From NCBI GenBank assembly GCA_964650185.1, contig CAZYRN010000001.1, positions 46,284 to 110,283 of the forward strand: a stretch of 64,000 nt of DNA, given 5' to 3'. Below, piece after piece: positions 29,670 to 39,677 of the stretch. The notes below the pieces were generated by a model that worked only from the letters and a program-made list of their open reading frames with translations, was not told where the DNA came from and did not search any database. The DNA is from an uncultured Pseudomonadales bacterium. Its GTDB lineage: Bacteria > Patescibacteriota > Microgenomatia > UBA1400 > PJMF01. Position 1 is the stretch's first letter, and the number at the start of each line of letters is the position of its first letter. A program made the translations under genes and the position numbers.

Positions 29670-31063
29670 CTTTTACCTCCAATGGCTGCCACTTTTATTT
29701 TCGGCTCACTTAAAAATAGTCTCATTAAGGTCCTGGTAACAACAACACCGGTAAAAAGGCCGATCAACACACCAACTAATAATGTGACACCAAATCCTCT
29801 CACCAAGCCGCTGGTGGCTAAAAATGGAAAGTTAACCGGATTTATCAAAACTAAAGCAGTCATAATCGTGGCTATGTTAGCATCTTTAATTGAGTCCCAG
29901 GCTCTGCCAAAGCCCAGCTTCATGGCTCTTTTCCAGGGTTTGCCCAACCTCAATTCTTCCTTCATTCTTTCAAAAATAAGGATATTGGCATCCACCGCCA
30001 TTCCCACCGACAACAACAGGCCAGCAATCCCCGGCAAAGTGAGGGTAACACCCAGCACTTTGTAAGCAGCGACCGTAATAATTCCATAAATAATTAAAGC
30101 CCAGTCCGCAATTAAGCCTTTCCAGCCATAAAGCAGGATCATGAACAACATAACTAGACCAATGCCGATTAAACCAGCTCTAATGCTCTCAGTGACGGCT
30201 TGCTGACCGATGCTCGCACCCAGTTGGCGCTGTTCCAAAACTTGAATAGGTACGGGCAGAGCTCCGGCATTTAACTGAATAGCCAGCTGCTGAGCCTGCT
30301 CTAAGGTAAAACCGCCTGTCATGACCGCTCGGCCATCTGAAATCGGCGTGTTAATCTGTGGCATAGCCACTGGGTATTCATCAATAAAAATAGCCAAAAC
30401 CTGTCCCACATTAGCTTGAGTAATCTCAGCAAACAGCTCTCGTCCTTCATCATTAAACTCCATCGCAATCACTGGTTCATTGGTTTGCGGATCAAATTGG
30501 ACGGAAGATCGTTTCAGTTGCTTGCCAGTTAACGCTGTTGGTTCGAACTGCTCAAAAAATGTCACTGCTGAGGTAGTGGCTTGCGCAATTACTTCAGGAT
30601 CATTAGTTTGCAGTCTAAAATCAAGTTGAGCTGTTTGACCAACCAGTCTCAAGGCCTGATTAGGATCACTGACACCTGGCAGATCAACTAAAATTCGGTG
30701 GCTCTCTCCAACTTGAGAAGTCGTCACGGAGGGCTCATTAATTCCGTACAAATCAACTCGCCGCAAAATAATTTCCCGAGCACTTTCCAAGGCTGTTTCC
30801 CGATCACTAGATTCAATCTCTGACATATCAGCTTGCAGTACCACCTGCATCCCGCCTTGAATATCCAAGCCTTGCTTTAACTGAAAGTCATAACTAAATT
30901 GTTTGCCAAATAAGTTAAAAGTAGGCGCTGGAACTATGACTTCACGGTCAAGATTGAGGCCAAATTGATTAAACTTCAAGTGAAATTGTCGCGGCAGAGC
31001 AATATAGAGAGAGGCGATCGTCAAGATAATAATAAAAATAAAAATCTGATAGGTTCGATTCAT
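29666..31063 (-). CDS. secD: Protein translocase subunit SecD
   Basis: GLDIQGGMQVVLQADMSE and the C-terminal SecD/SecF TM bundle. 465 aa. Confidence 0.9.
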   Translation of the reverse strand: MNRTYQIFIFIIILTIASLYIALPRQFHLKFNQFGLNLDREVIVPAPTFNLFGKQFSYDFQLKQGLDIQGGMQVVLQADMSEIESSDRETALESAREIILRRVDLYGINEPSVTTSQVGESHRILVDLPGVSDPNQALRLVGQTAQLDFRLQTNDPEVIAQATTSAVTFFEQFEPTALTGKQLKRSSVQFDPQTNEPVIAMEFNDEGRELFAEITQANVGQVLAIFIDEYPVAMPQINTPISDGRAVMTGGFTLEQAQQLAIQLNAGALPVPIQVLEQRQLGASIGQQAVTESIRAGLIGIGLVMLFMILLYGWKGLIADWALIIYGIITVAAYKVLGVTLTLPGIAGLLLSVGMAVDANILIFERMKEELRLGKPWKRAMKLGFGRAWDSIKDANIATIMTALVLINPVNFPFLATSGLVRGFGVTLLVGVLIGLFTGVVVTRTLMRLFLSEPKIKVAAIGGKR

Positions 31064-31099
31064 ATTGACTCTCTATTTTGGCAGGATGGAGCAGAAATT

Positions 31100-31768
31100 T
31101 TAGAGATTAGGCTGTTGGCGCTCAACAAACTCGTCTTCACCGCCAATTACCATAATCCGGCTGTTGTATAACACGTCCATAATAAATGGATCTCGCCGGG
31201 CTTTTCTAAAATTATACTCTTCAACATCAAAGACAGTGACTCTAATCTCTCGATCTAAAGCCTCTTCTTCCTCTTTAATAAGTGCTTCTAGTTCACTCAA
31301 CACCACATCGCCAACTACCAAAATATCTACCTCATCTTGTCTCACCGGCTTGCGCCGAATAAATCTGCCGGAAAACATGACAAACTCCAGTGTTCCCAGT
31401 TTGCGACGGAACTTGCGAATTTTTAATCCCAACCCAGTGCTTTTGACAATCATCTGCTGCAACTCTTGATAGTAAAGATAACGGTCATTGAGAAAATAAT
31501 AGAGCCGATTACCGCGCTGCTCACTTTTCAGCAAGCCATAGTCAAGCATTTTATCTAATTCTCGGCGAACAGCGTTAATCTCTTCTTTGATTTCTCGAGT
31601 GATCTGTCTGACGTAATACATCTCTTCAGGATTGGTAAAAAAGAGTTCCATCATCTTTACCCTAACCCGAGAGATCATAAAGTCTTGTAATGAAGTCATA
31701 CTGTACTCAAATTGTAAGTTACTACCGGCTGATATGCAAGGCGTACCAGACACTTGTCTAGCTGACAA
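31100..31768 (-). CDS. Hypothetical winged-helix-like DNA-binding protein (start uncertain; internal ATGs at codons 24/31/38)
   Basis: YYVRQITREIKEEINAVRRELDKMLDYGLLKSEQRGNRLYYFLN resembles a wHTH. The C-terminal half is charged with VDILVVGDV. No confident family call. Confidence 0.3.
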   Translation of the reverse strand: MSARQVSGTPCISAGSNLQFEYSMTSLQDFMISRVRVKMMELFFTNPEEMYYVRQITREIKEEINAVRRELDKMLDYGLLKSEQRGNRLYYFLNDRYLYYQELQQMIVKSTGLGLKIRKFRRKLGTLEFVMFSGRFIRRKPVRQDEVDILVVGDVVLSELEALIKEEEEALDREIRVTVFDVEEYNFRKARRDPFIMDVLYNSRIMVIGGEDEFVERQQPNL

Positions 31769-31774
31769 CCTAGG

Positions 31775-32962
31775 CTAATATTCAACAGTAGTCACATTAT
31801 TTACCACAGAAATCCAGGTTAAGCCTCGAGCCATGGGAATGTTGGTGCCTCGGCTATCGACGAATTGAATGGGGCTGGTGCGAGTTTTCTTACTCCAAGT
31901 TGCTTCTATCACTTCACCATTTTTGAAGATGAGAGCATCACCAGTACCAATGGTTTCATAGAGCATATGCTTCACTTCATTAATGGGACCTTTTTCAACA
32001 GTTTTTAAGACTACGACATTTTTAGCCATGATTTGTTTTTCCGAATTTTGATCAATGTGAGGCTCTCCAGCCATCTGGCGCAGATAACTGTTTGTTTCCG
32101 GGTCATACTCCCAAGAAACAGCATAGTCATTGTAACCACTCCAAAAGTCATAAGAGATGCTAGTGACGCTGCCGTCAGGCTGATCACCGTTTTCAAATGT
32201 CCAAGGAGTGAAACCGTCTTGCCACGCATCCCCGCCTACCATGTTAAAGCCGACTTTTCTCTCTGGTGAGACATTGGTCCAGCCTCTTTCCTCGCCAACT
32301 TCCCACAGTTTTTCAGTACTGGTCACCATGGTATGCTCAGTCGCGATAGTTTTGCCAGGGACTCGATTGTAATCACGCACAAAAGTTGGGTAACCAATGG
32401 AGAACTGGTTTAAGTCATTTTCACCTGCCCAGCCATAAGTATTGATTTGTCCTAAAGCATCTGATGGTCCTGGGACATTGGCACCGCCGACATGAGCATA
32501 CAGAGGCTGGTTAAAACCTGAGGCCCAGTCAACAAAATAGGTACGAGCAGATCTGATTGGAGCGAGAGTGGTATCAATTTTTTGCACATCGCAGTAGAAC
32601 ATCCCCATAAATCTAGTCACACCACCTTCAGCTACTGCTTCAAAAACGACATCTGCATCACCCAAGCCGGCTTGTGGTCGAGCTTCTGGATGATTTTCAA
32701 TCATCACAGCTAACGGCCGTCTTTTCTCCCAAGCTTCTCTTTCCACAGCGGTATAAAACTGTCCATTTAGCGGACACTCTTGATCTCTTGGTGCATTAGG
32801 ATCAATATCCAGCAAAGCACCAAGCAAAGTCTCTTCCTCAGTTTCACTGTTATCAATATTAGCTGTACCTTGCTGATCGCCTAAATAAGAAAAGGCACCA
32901 AATGATACCGCTGCTGAGACAATGTATAAGACTAATGCTAGTAGAAGATTTTTTCGTTTCAT
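31775..32962 (-). CDS. DUF3048-family secreted/lipoprotein-like protein (YerB-like)
   Basis: Start reassigned to the ATG at 32962, preceded by AAAGGAG. MKRKNLLLALVLYIVSAAV signal/anchor. Core AVMIENHPEARPQAGLGDADVVFEAVAEGGVTRF matches the DUF3048 signature. Confidence 0.55.
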   Translation of the reverse strand: MKRKNLLLALVLYIVSAAVSFGAFSYLGDQQGTANIDNSETEEETLLGALLDIDPNAPRDQECPLNGQFYTAVEREAWEKRRPLAVMIENHPEARPQAGLGDADVVFEAVAEGGVTRFMGMFYCDVQKIDTTLAPIRSARTYFVDWASGFNQPLYAHVGGANVPGPSDALGQINTYGWAGENDLNQFSIGYPTFVRDYNRVPGKTIATEHTMVTSTEKLWEVGEERGWTNVSPERKVGFNMVGGDAWQDGFTPWTFENGDQPDGSVTSISYDFWSGYNDYAVSWEYDPETNSYLRQMAGEPHIDQNSEKQIMAKNVVVLKTVEKGPINEVKHMLYETIGTGDALIFKNGEVIEATWSKKTRTSPIQFVDSRGTNIPMARGLTWISVVNNVTTVEY

Positions 32963-32999
32963 AATTAGGCCGCTCCTTTTGGCAATAGTAACAGTTTTA

Positions 33000-33281
33000 T
33001 CAGAGCTGAAAGTATAACGCAATTAGTATTCCAAAAACTACTAGAGATGCAACTATGGTCCGCCATAAATCACGCTTGATCTGTCTTGGTTCTTGAGACA
33101 ATAAGCCTATTACTGGACTTTCTTTGATAGCGTCTCGACTATTTGCAGCTGCTTTAATACTTTTTGGGGCTGATTTTTTCGAGCTGGAACTTTTTTTCTG
33201 TGGAGATAAGCTGTAACTAGTTTCCTCAAGTCTTCTCAATTGAGCAGCTAGTTTTTCTTCTTTAGTTCTTCTAATTCCCAT
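33000..33281 (-). CDS. Small basic membrane protein (hypothetical)
   Basis: 93 aa with a Lys/Ser-rich N-terminus and a single C-terminal TM (LWRTIVASLVVFGILIALYFQL). Confidence 0.3.
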   Translation of the reverse strand: MGIRRTKEEKLAAQLRRLEETSYSLSPQKKSSSSKKSAPKSIKAAANSRDAIKESPVIGLLSQEPRQIKRDLWRTIVASLVVFGILIALYFQL

Positions 33282-33311
33282 ATTGTTCCTTATTCATAAA
33301 CATGTGAGTTT

Positions 33312-34412
33312 TTAGCCAAAAAAGACGCTAATAATATCTTTAATCGAGATAATCACAATAAAAGCCAAGATAAAAATATAACCAAAGTAGTTGCCATATT
33401 CTTCAACTTTCTCTAACTTTTGTTTACCAAAAATCTTTTTCAGCGTAATAAAGAGCGCCCGGCCGCCATCTAAGGCAGGGATGGGCATAATATTAATTAT
33501 AGCTAAATTAACGGATAACATACCGGCAAAAGCCAGCACAGACAGTGCCCCTTCCGCCACAATGCCGCTATCACTTGCTTGAGCGACAATTCTGATCGGA
33601 CCAGCTACTGTGTCTGGGACGCTACCTTTAAAAAGAATATCCCCAACCATTTGACCTAAACTAACTACTATCAGCTTACCTAACCAAATAGCTTGAACTA
33701 AACCAAACCAGATGGCTCTAAAAGGCTTTTCATACCAGGGATATTCGAGATAAATAGCAGATTCAAAACTCACTCCTAGTGCACCCTCATTAGCCGGCGT
33801 CTCCTCTGCTGTTCTTATATAAACTTCATATTTTTGCTCAGTGGGGTCACATTGATCAACCGAGTCCGGCTGACATTCTCCAGACGTAATTAAGGTAATT
33901 TCTTCACCTCGGTATTGACCAATCTCAGCGATAGCTTCATCAGTGGTATAAATTTTGATGGTTTCTTCAGCCGTTTCAATGCCCGTAATGGCCACATTAG
34001 TGGGTATTCCTGCTGCAGCGGCCGGAGAATTAGGCGCCACTGTCGAAATGCGTGGCTGGTCAATTGGTGTCGGCACACCCGAGATGGTGAAAACCAGCGC
34101 AAATGCTAAAATACCAAACACAAAGTTTACGGTCGCACCCGCCAGAATCACAATTAACTGTTGGTAGGAAGGCCGTTGATAAAATTCGCCTGTGACATTA
34201 TCTTCACCCTTAATTTTGACAAAGCCGCCAAAGGGAATCCAGTTCAATGAGAAGAGGGTTTCTTTCCACTTAAAAAGCTTAAGTGCTCGTGGAGGATAAC
34301 CCACTCCAAACTCCTCAACCTTCATCTTAGCCCAGCGGGCAGTAAAAAAATGACCCAGCTCATGAATAATGACCAAAAAAGATAGCACAAGGATAAAAAT
34401 AAGTGCAGCCAT
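33312..34412 (-). CDS. rseP: Site-2 protease RseP/M50 zinc metalloprotease with PDZ domain
   Basis: HELGH zinc motif at residues 17-21, PDZ-like middle region and a C-terminal TM. Sits next to frr, as is usual. Confidence 0.85.
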   Translation of the reverse strand: MAALIFILVLSFLVIIHELGHFFTARWAKMKVEEFGVGYPPRALKLFKWKETLFSLNWIPFGGFVKIKGEDNVTGEFYQRPSYQQLIVILAGATVNFVFGILAFALVFTISGVPTPIDQPRISTVAPNSPAAAAGIPTNVAITGIETAEETIKIYTTDEAIAEIGQYRGEEITLITSGECQPDSVDQCDPTEQKYEVYIRTAEETPANEGALGVSFESAIYLEYPWYEKPFRAIWFGLVQAIWLGKLIVVSLGQMVGDILFKGSVPDTVAGPIRIVAQASDSGIVAEGALSVLAFAGMLSVNLAIINIMPIPALDGGRALFITLKKIFGKQKLEKVEEYGNYFGYIFILAFIVIISIKDIISVFFG

Positions 34413-34417
34413 AATAG

Positions 34418-34972
34418 TTATACCGCCAGCAACTCTTGCTCTTTCTTAGCTTCGATCGCTTCCAACTGCTCGATGTATTCCTGAGTCAGAGTATTTAGTT
34501 TTTCTAAATCACGGCGAATATCATCTTCACTGATATTTGACTCGCCCTCTTGATCTTCGATTTTCTGCTTAATATCAGAACGGATGTTGCGCAGCATCAC
34601 TTTGCCGCCCTCAATCTTTTTCTGGAGCAGCTTCACCATCTCTAAACGTCTTTCCTCTGTTAACTGCGGAATGGCGATGCGGATAATATCGTTATCTACC
34701 ACCGGACTTAAATTCAAGCCAGAGCTGGCGATAGCCTTCTCGATACTTTCAATCACTGACCGGTCCCAAGGTTTAATGATAATTAAATTTGGGTCGGGGG
34801 TAGAGATATTGGCCAACTCATTCACCTTCATTTCACTTCCATAAGCTATCACTTTGACTGGATCCAGCAGTTGGGCGGAGGCTTTGCCGGTTCTTAAAGT
34901 CGCAATATCTTGATTAACGTGATCAAGTGTGGCTTGTGACTTTTGGTTGAATAGCGAAAAATCATATGTCAT
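34418..34972 (-). CDS. frr: Ribosome recycling factor
   Basis: 184 aa. The sequence is colinear with Frr (…LRTGKASAQLLDPVKV…LPQLTEERRLEMVKL…). Confidence 0.95.
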   Translation of the reverse strand: MTYDFSLFNQKSQATLDHVNQDIATLRTGKASAQLLDPVKVIAYGSEMKVNELANISTPDPNLIIIKPWDRSVIESIEKAIASSGLNLSPVVDNDIIRIAIPQLTEERRLEMVKLLQKKIEGGKVMLRNIRSDIKQKIEDQEGESNISEDDIRRDLEKLNTLTQEYIEQLEAIEAKKEQELLAV

Positions 34973-34993
34973 ATATCTTGATTATAAACGATT

Positions 34994-35884
34994 TTGTATA
35001 CTAATTGGAGTATGCAGCCATTTTTATACATTTACACTTTACATCGATCGCTGACATCCGGCGCCTCCTATCTGGGTGTTGTTAAAAATAAACTTTGGTT
35101 TAGTATCAGGTATTTCCTGATTAGTTTATCAATCTTAGGCATTATCTCAGGGGTATTCTTTGTTGACCGTGTCTGGCTACCCCTGAAAACCACGGCACAG
35201 GTGGAGTTGCTGAACTTAGCCCATTATTATCCGAGTGACATAATTGTTTCCTGGAACAATCAAACATTGCTTATTAATTCTGAAGCACCTATCCAGGTGC
35301 CATATCCCAAAAGCATGCCGCTGCAGGATTTAATACCTCATCATTTATTGACAATAACTGAGCCTGGTCGCTCAGCAGCCGACTTTGTTACTGAGTCAGG
35401 TAATAGTTCATTTCTAGTAGCCGACAGTCAGCACTTGTTCATCAATAATTTAAATGGACGCTGGCGACAGCTGCCATTAACTGAGATTTTATCTGAGCCA
35501 TTTACACTGACTGCTGATAACATCGACCAGCAGATTGGACAGCTCAATCAGCAGCTTAGTTGGTTTTTTAACGGATTTAGCTTGATAATCATCATTATTT
35601 ACCCAATTTATTTAATCAGCACTGTTTTTTGGCAAACTGTTATAGAGTCTATTTTGCTATATTTTGTTCTTAAAATAAACCATACTGCTCAAGAATACCT
35701 ACCTACTTTTAAAATCGCCCTACATATTGCTGTCACTGCCGCAATACTTCACGAAGTCACAGGTTATCTCTATCCCAACCATGGCTACCCAATTTTTAAT
35801 TTGACTTTCTGGTCGATAATGATCTTTATGCTCTGGTCACTGAATTATGCCCTTAAGACCGGCATGCTAGACGAGCGTGAGTAA
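34994..35884 (+). CDS. Hypothetical polytopic membrane protein
   Basis: 296 aa with an N-terminal anchor, an extracytoplasmic region and four C-terminal TM helices. Confidence 0.4.
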   Translation: MYTNWSMQPFLYIYTLHRSLTSGASYLGVVKNKLWFSIRYFLISLSILGIISGVFFVDRVWLPLKTTAQVELLNLAHYYPSDIIVSWNNQTLLINSEAPIQVPYPKSMPLQDLIPHHLLTITEPGRSAADFVTESGNSSFLVADSQHLFINNLNGRWRQLPLTEILSEPFTLTADNIDQQIGQLNQQLSWFFNGFSLIIIIIYPIYLISTVFWQTVIESILLYFVLKINHTAQEYLPTFKIALHIAVTAAILHEVTGYLYPNHGYPIFNLTFWSIMIFMLWSLNYALKTGMLDERE

Positions 35885-36289
35885 CAAACCTACTAAACCT
35901 AAAATAACCCAACAAGTATTGAGCAGCTGATATAAAATCGCCCCTTCATCTGCTCCCAGCCAACTAATATTTCTAAATAAAGGAGGTTCATATTCTTTCT
36001 GTGAAACTTGGTGCGTAATCCAATAAACTACCTCATATCCGCTTCTTATCACCAAAAAGATTAGTAAATGTCTCAAGATATTTAGCGGAGAAATAAAGTT
36101 AAATGCCACCGCAGAAACAAACCAAAAGGGAGCTAAGATCACCCCGTCTCCCCAAACAAAGATTCCCAGCCAGCTTAATCCAGGAGTATCGGTATAAAAC
36201 TGGTTTGATTTGGCAAATCTAAGTGAGAAATAAAAGATGATTAGAGCAAAAAGAGCGAGAAAAATTGATAATATATTTATGAGTGACAT
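35867..36289 (-). CDS. Hypothetical small polytopic membrane protein
   Basis: 140 aa with 4 predicted TM helices. It is the last gene of the minus-strand string 41873->35867. Confidence 0.4.
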   Translation of the reverse strand: MSLINILSIFLALFALIIFYFSLRFAKSNQFYTDTPGLSWLGIFVWGDGVILAPFWFVSAVAFNFISPLNILRHLLIFLVIRSGYEVVYWITHQVSQKEYEPPLFRNISWLGADEGAILYQLLNTCWVILGLVGLLLTLV

Positions 36290-36300
36290 TAAAGGTTGGT

Positions 36301-36687
36301 TTACTCTTCAATTGTTAACTGCTCATCAATCGCCGGAAATGGATATAAATCTTGAGCGGGATCAGCTCCTTTTAACTCAAGTTCTAATTCCTGGAGTCGT
36401 CTTCCCAGCTCCGTTGAGTCTAGCTGGGGAGATGGTGATGCCTGAGTTTCATCTTCAGGATTAATGATAGCGGGCAGATTGCGGTTTTTTGACGCCAACC
36501 AAATAACGCCAGATAAAATTAAAACAAAAGCTATTCCTGCTAAAATGAGTAATTTAGCATTAGCCTTTAGCTTACCCTTCAGACTGGCTGCTACGGCCGC
36601 TTCATCGAGATAACTTGAACTAACCGGTTGAAAGAGCGGCTCTTCGTTGGCAAATCTGGTTTGGTCGTCAATGTATTCTGATTTCAT
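36301..36687 (-). CDS. Hypothetical single-pass membrane protein
   Basis: 128 aa. Central TM (LLILAGIAFVLILSGVIWLA). Its start overlaps the upstream stop. Confidence 0.35.
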   Translation of the reverse strand: MKSEYIDDQTRFANEEPLFQPVSSSYLDEAAVAASLKGKLKANAKLLILAGIAFVLILSGVIWLASKNRNLPAIINPEDETQASPSPQLDSTELGRRLQELELELKGADPAQDLYPFPAIDEQLTIEE

Positions 36688-37529
36688 AGTGAAATTATTT
36701 CCGCTAAAAATGATCTGACTCTAGTTAGATTTGAATAGATTTCTGCCAAGTTGTCTTGAATCCGCCGATGAACCCCTCGGTAACCCTGATAGGTTGGGTC
36801 GTCAAAAGAACTTTCCACATCATCAAAAGCTAGCTCTACATTTGCCAAGTGCTGATCGACCTCATTAAAGGCTCGTTCGCGCTGAGATGCTTTTAAAGCT
36901 CCGCCCGCTGTCGCTAGCTCGCTGCGCATATCTTCACTCAGCACCTTTGTTTTGTCATAAATTGTCTGCAGCCGGCCGATCTCAATTAAAGATAAACCCT
37001 GATAAGCACTGTCCTCCAAAGTGGTATACATTGGTGTAAATTCAGCTGCCAAAGTAATGATTTGATCCTTGCTCAGTTCCGGTTCAAGCTTGGCTTGATG
37101 TGCCTCAAGCTGCTCTTGCAACTCATTTAAGTTATCTAAGCTGATCTCTTTATATTCGACATGAATACCTGGCTGATCATTTAAAGTCACTTTAATTAAC
37201 TGAAGATATGTCCAAAGCACCTTGCCTCGAGCTTGCATCGCCAGCTGAGTAGTTCTCACCGCATTTTCTAAGGCGTTGAGCGTCTGTAGCTGTTCGTACT
37301 GAGTTTGAGCTACTTGATACTGTTTTTCCGCCTGCTGATACTCTTCAATTTCTGAGCGGTAGCGAGTTTTTAGTTGTCTTATCTCATCAGCCGCTGTTTG
37401 TGAGTTATAAATCAGCTCAGATTGCGCCTGTACGGGTTGCGGAGTTGAAAAATGAATCCAGCCACTAACAGCCACTGTTAAGAGACAAAAACTAAAGAAG
37501 GCAGTGGCTTGGCTTAGATTATTTTTCAT
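36684..37529 (-). CDS. Secreted coiled-coil protein (hypothetical)
   Basis: Sec-type signal peptide (…AVSGWIHFSTPQPVQAQS) followed by Gln/Glu-rich heptad-like sequence. Confidence 0.4.
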   Translation of the reverse strand: MKNNLSQATAFFSFCLLTVAVSGWIHFSTPQPVQAQSELIYNSQTAADEIRQLKTRYRSEIEEYQQAEKQYQVAQTQYEQLQTLNALENAVRTTQLAMQARGKVLWTYLQLIKVTLNDQPGIHVEYKEISLDNLNELQEQLEAHQAKLEPELSKDQIITLAAEFTPMYTTLEDSAYQGLSLIEIGRLQTIYDKTKVLSEDMRSELATAGGALKASQRERAFNEVDQHLANVELAFDDVESSFDDPTYQGYRGVHRRIQDNLAEIYSNLTRVRSFLAEIISL

Positions 37530-37532
37530 TTA

Positions 37533-38249
37533 TTAAATATTTAACTCTCGATTACGGGCGAAAACAGTCGCTTCATACCATGATTCAAATGTCCCCGTAT
37601 CAAACCACTTTCCTTCAACAAAGGCCACATCCAGCTGTCCCTCTGCTAAATATAGGTTGTTTATGTCGGTAATCTCTAATTCTCCTCGATCTGATGGAGT
37701 GAGATTGCGAGCCTTCTCAACCACCGTGTTGTCATAAATATACAGGCCAGTCACTGCATAATCAGATTTGGGCTGTAATGGTTTCTCTTCAATCGAAAGA
37801 GCGCGCTGCTGGTCATCAAACTCTACCACGCCAAATCTTTCAGGATCTTCAACTTTTTTAGCAAAAACCCGGCCGCCTGATTTAAAACTTTGAATAGCTG
37901 GTGCAAAATCATCTTCAAACAGGTTATCGCCTAAAATCATCGTCACTGCATCATCACCAATAAAATCATCACCAATGAGAAATGCCTGAGCTAAACCTTT
38001 TGGCTCATCTTGAATTTCGTAGGTAAAATCACAACCAAACTCTTTACCGCTGCCTAATAGCTTCAGAAAATCACCCGCATGGTCTGGAGCAACAATAATT
38101 AAAATATCTTCAATGCCAGCTTTTATTAATGTTTCCAGCGGAAAATAAATCATCGGCTTGTTGTAAATTGGCAGCAGCTGCTTACTAGTCACTCTAGTTA
38201 AGGGCTTGAGTCGTGATCCTGAGCCGCCTGCTAAAATAATGCCTTTCAT
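37533..38249 (-). CDS. Sugar-phosphate nucleotidyltransferase (short RmlA/glucose-1-phosphate thymidylyltransferase-like)
   Basis: [38 protein letters not shown] (G-x-G-x-R nucleotide-binding signature). 238 aa. Confidence 0.8.
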   Translation of the reverse strand: MKGIILAGGSGSRLKPLTRVTSKQLLPIYNKPMIYFPLETLIKAGIEDILIIVAPDHAGDFLKLLGSGKEFGCDFTYEIQDEPKGLAQAFLIGDDFIGDDAVTMILGDNLFEDDFAPAIQSFKSGGRVFAKKVEDPERFGVVEFDDQQRALSIEEKPLQPKSDYAVTGLYIYDNTVVEKARNLTPSDRGELEITDINNLYLAEGQLDVAFVEGKWFDTGTFESWYEATVFARNRELNI

Positions 38250-38300
38250 ATGTTCCTTCCGGGCAAGCTAATAAATTTACTTAATTAAATGGCTGAACTT

Positions 38301-38558
38301 TTAGAGAGTAACGAGTACTAAAAGTACTCCTGCTAGTATACCAACTCCTAAATATTCCAGCACCACCTTTCGTGAAATTTGCTTGATGTTCACATGAAAG
38401 ATTATACCCCAGAGTATGTAAAACATAGCTATCGCTACCGAGATTAGCCGCTGCGAAGCTCGATCAGGCCAGGCTGCTAAAAATGCTAAAACACCTAGCA
38501 AGAGTACGACTACTAAGATTGAATATGACAGCTTATGTTTAGAAAATTCTCTCAGCAT
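38301..38558 (-). CDS. Small two-TM membrane protein (hypothetical)
   Basis: 85 aa with two hydrophobic helices. Lies 3 nt from the next gene. Confidence 0.35.
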   Translation of the reverse strand: MLREFSKHKLSYSILVVVLLLGVLAFLAAWPDRASQRLISVAIAMFYILWGIIFHVNIKQISRKVVLEYLGVGILAGVLLVLVTL

Positions 38559-38560
38559 AT

Positions 38561-39628
38561 TTAGCCTACAATTCCACCTTTAAAGAATACTACTAAAAAG
38601 GCCACTGTTAAAAATAAGATAATGTGCGCTAAGTTTCGACCCACCAGCCGAGTTGACTGGCGATTGCCAATGACAAATGTATCGTAGATTAAGGTCAAAA
38701 TGATCAACATGATGACGGCTAAAAAGAAGGCTTTAGTCAACTGAAGCGGGGTAAAGAGTGGTGGTGTTTCAATCTCACCAATAGGAACCAGCATGCTAGC
38801 TAAAACTCCCTGGGTCAGGACATTACTGATCGATGCGACCAGCTCTTCATCCGTCGCAGCTGTCTCTTCTCCACCCGCTGTTGCCTCAGGTTCATCATCA
38901 CCATTGGTTTCTAAAACTGCTAAGTCCTGAGCACCCGGTTTATCATCTATTAGCTGGTCAATTTCGGTAATAGTATTTACTGGTTCAGTCGCTTGAACAG
39001 CTCTGACTGCTGGCACCTCTGGCACGGTAGCCTGCCTGCCTTCTGGAGCACCAAACATCTGAACAACTAGTGTTGTCTCATACCCCTCCAAAACCCCATC
39101 AATCACAGCAATTCCAATTTCTGAATATTGCGGATTAACAATATTAGCCCGATGTGTCGGCGAGGCCATCCAAGCAGTCATCATGGCCGGAGTTTCGGAA
39201 AAATCTCTCGCCAAATTCTCACCAGCTACACGGTAAGAGTAACCAGCTTGTCTCATGAAGACCCAGGGTTCAGTTCCATCAGGTGCGGTGTGTGCCCAAT
39301 ACTGATCATTGAACATGTCCTGACCCTTTGCAATAGCTGCCGCTGTTAAGGCTTGATTAAGTGCTAACGGCGGTAATCCCATTTTAGATCTTTGATCATT
39401 GGTCGCCGCAATTACTTCCTTAGGTGTAATAGAGGAAGCAAAACCAAGAATTTTTTTTGATGGTCCAGATAGCCCAATAAACAAGTGAAGCAGGGCAACA
39501 AATCCGCCGGCTACTAACACTAATAGAAAAATAGACTCAGGATGAATTAACCGCGCCCGATGGTTATTAGATCGGCGGGGATGAAAGAGATGGGCAAAAA
39601 TATCTTGAAAGGTTCTCACGAACTCCAT
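38561..39628 (-). CDS. CAP/SCP/PR-1 domain protein, membrane anchored at both ends
   Basis: GENLARDFSETPAMMTAWMASPTHRANIVNPQYSEIGIAV (CAP signatures). N-terminal TM, acidic linker, C-terminal double TM. Confidence 0.7.
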   Translation of the reverse strand: MEFVRTFQDIFAHLFHPRRSNNHRARLIHPESIFLLVLVAGGFVALLHLFIGLSGPSKKILGFASSITPKEVIAATNDQRSKMGLPPLALNQALTAAAIAKGQDMFNDQYWAHTAPDGTEPWVFMRQAGYSYRVAGENLARDFSETPAMMTAWMASPTHRANIVNPQYSEIGIAVIDGVLEGYETTLVVQMFGAPEGRQATVPEVPAVRAVQATEPVNTITEIDQLIDDKPGAQDLAVLETNGDDEPEATAGGEETAATDEELVASISNVLTQGVLASMLVPIGEIETPPLFTPLQLTKAFFLAVIMLIILTLIYDTFVIGNRQSTRLVGRNLAHIILFLTVAFLVVFFKGGIVG

Positions 39629-39677
39629 TATGCAGTAATAATTCCCCTAAACTCAAGAGGATTATTTTTCAGCTAGC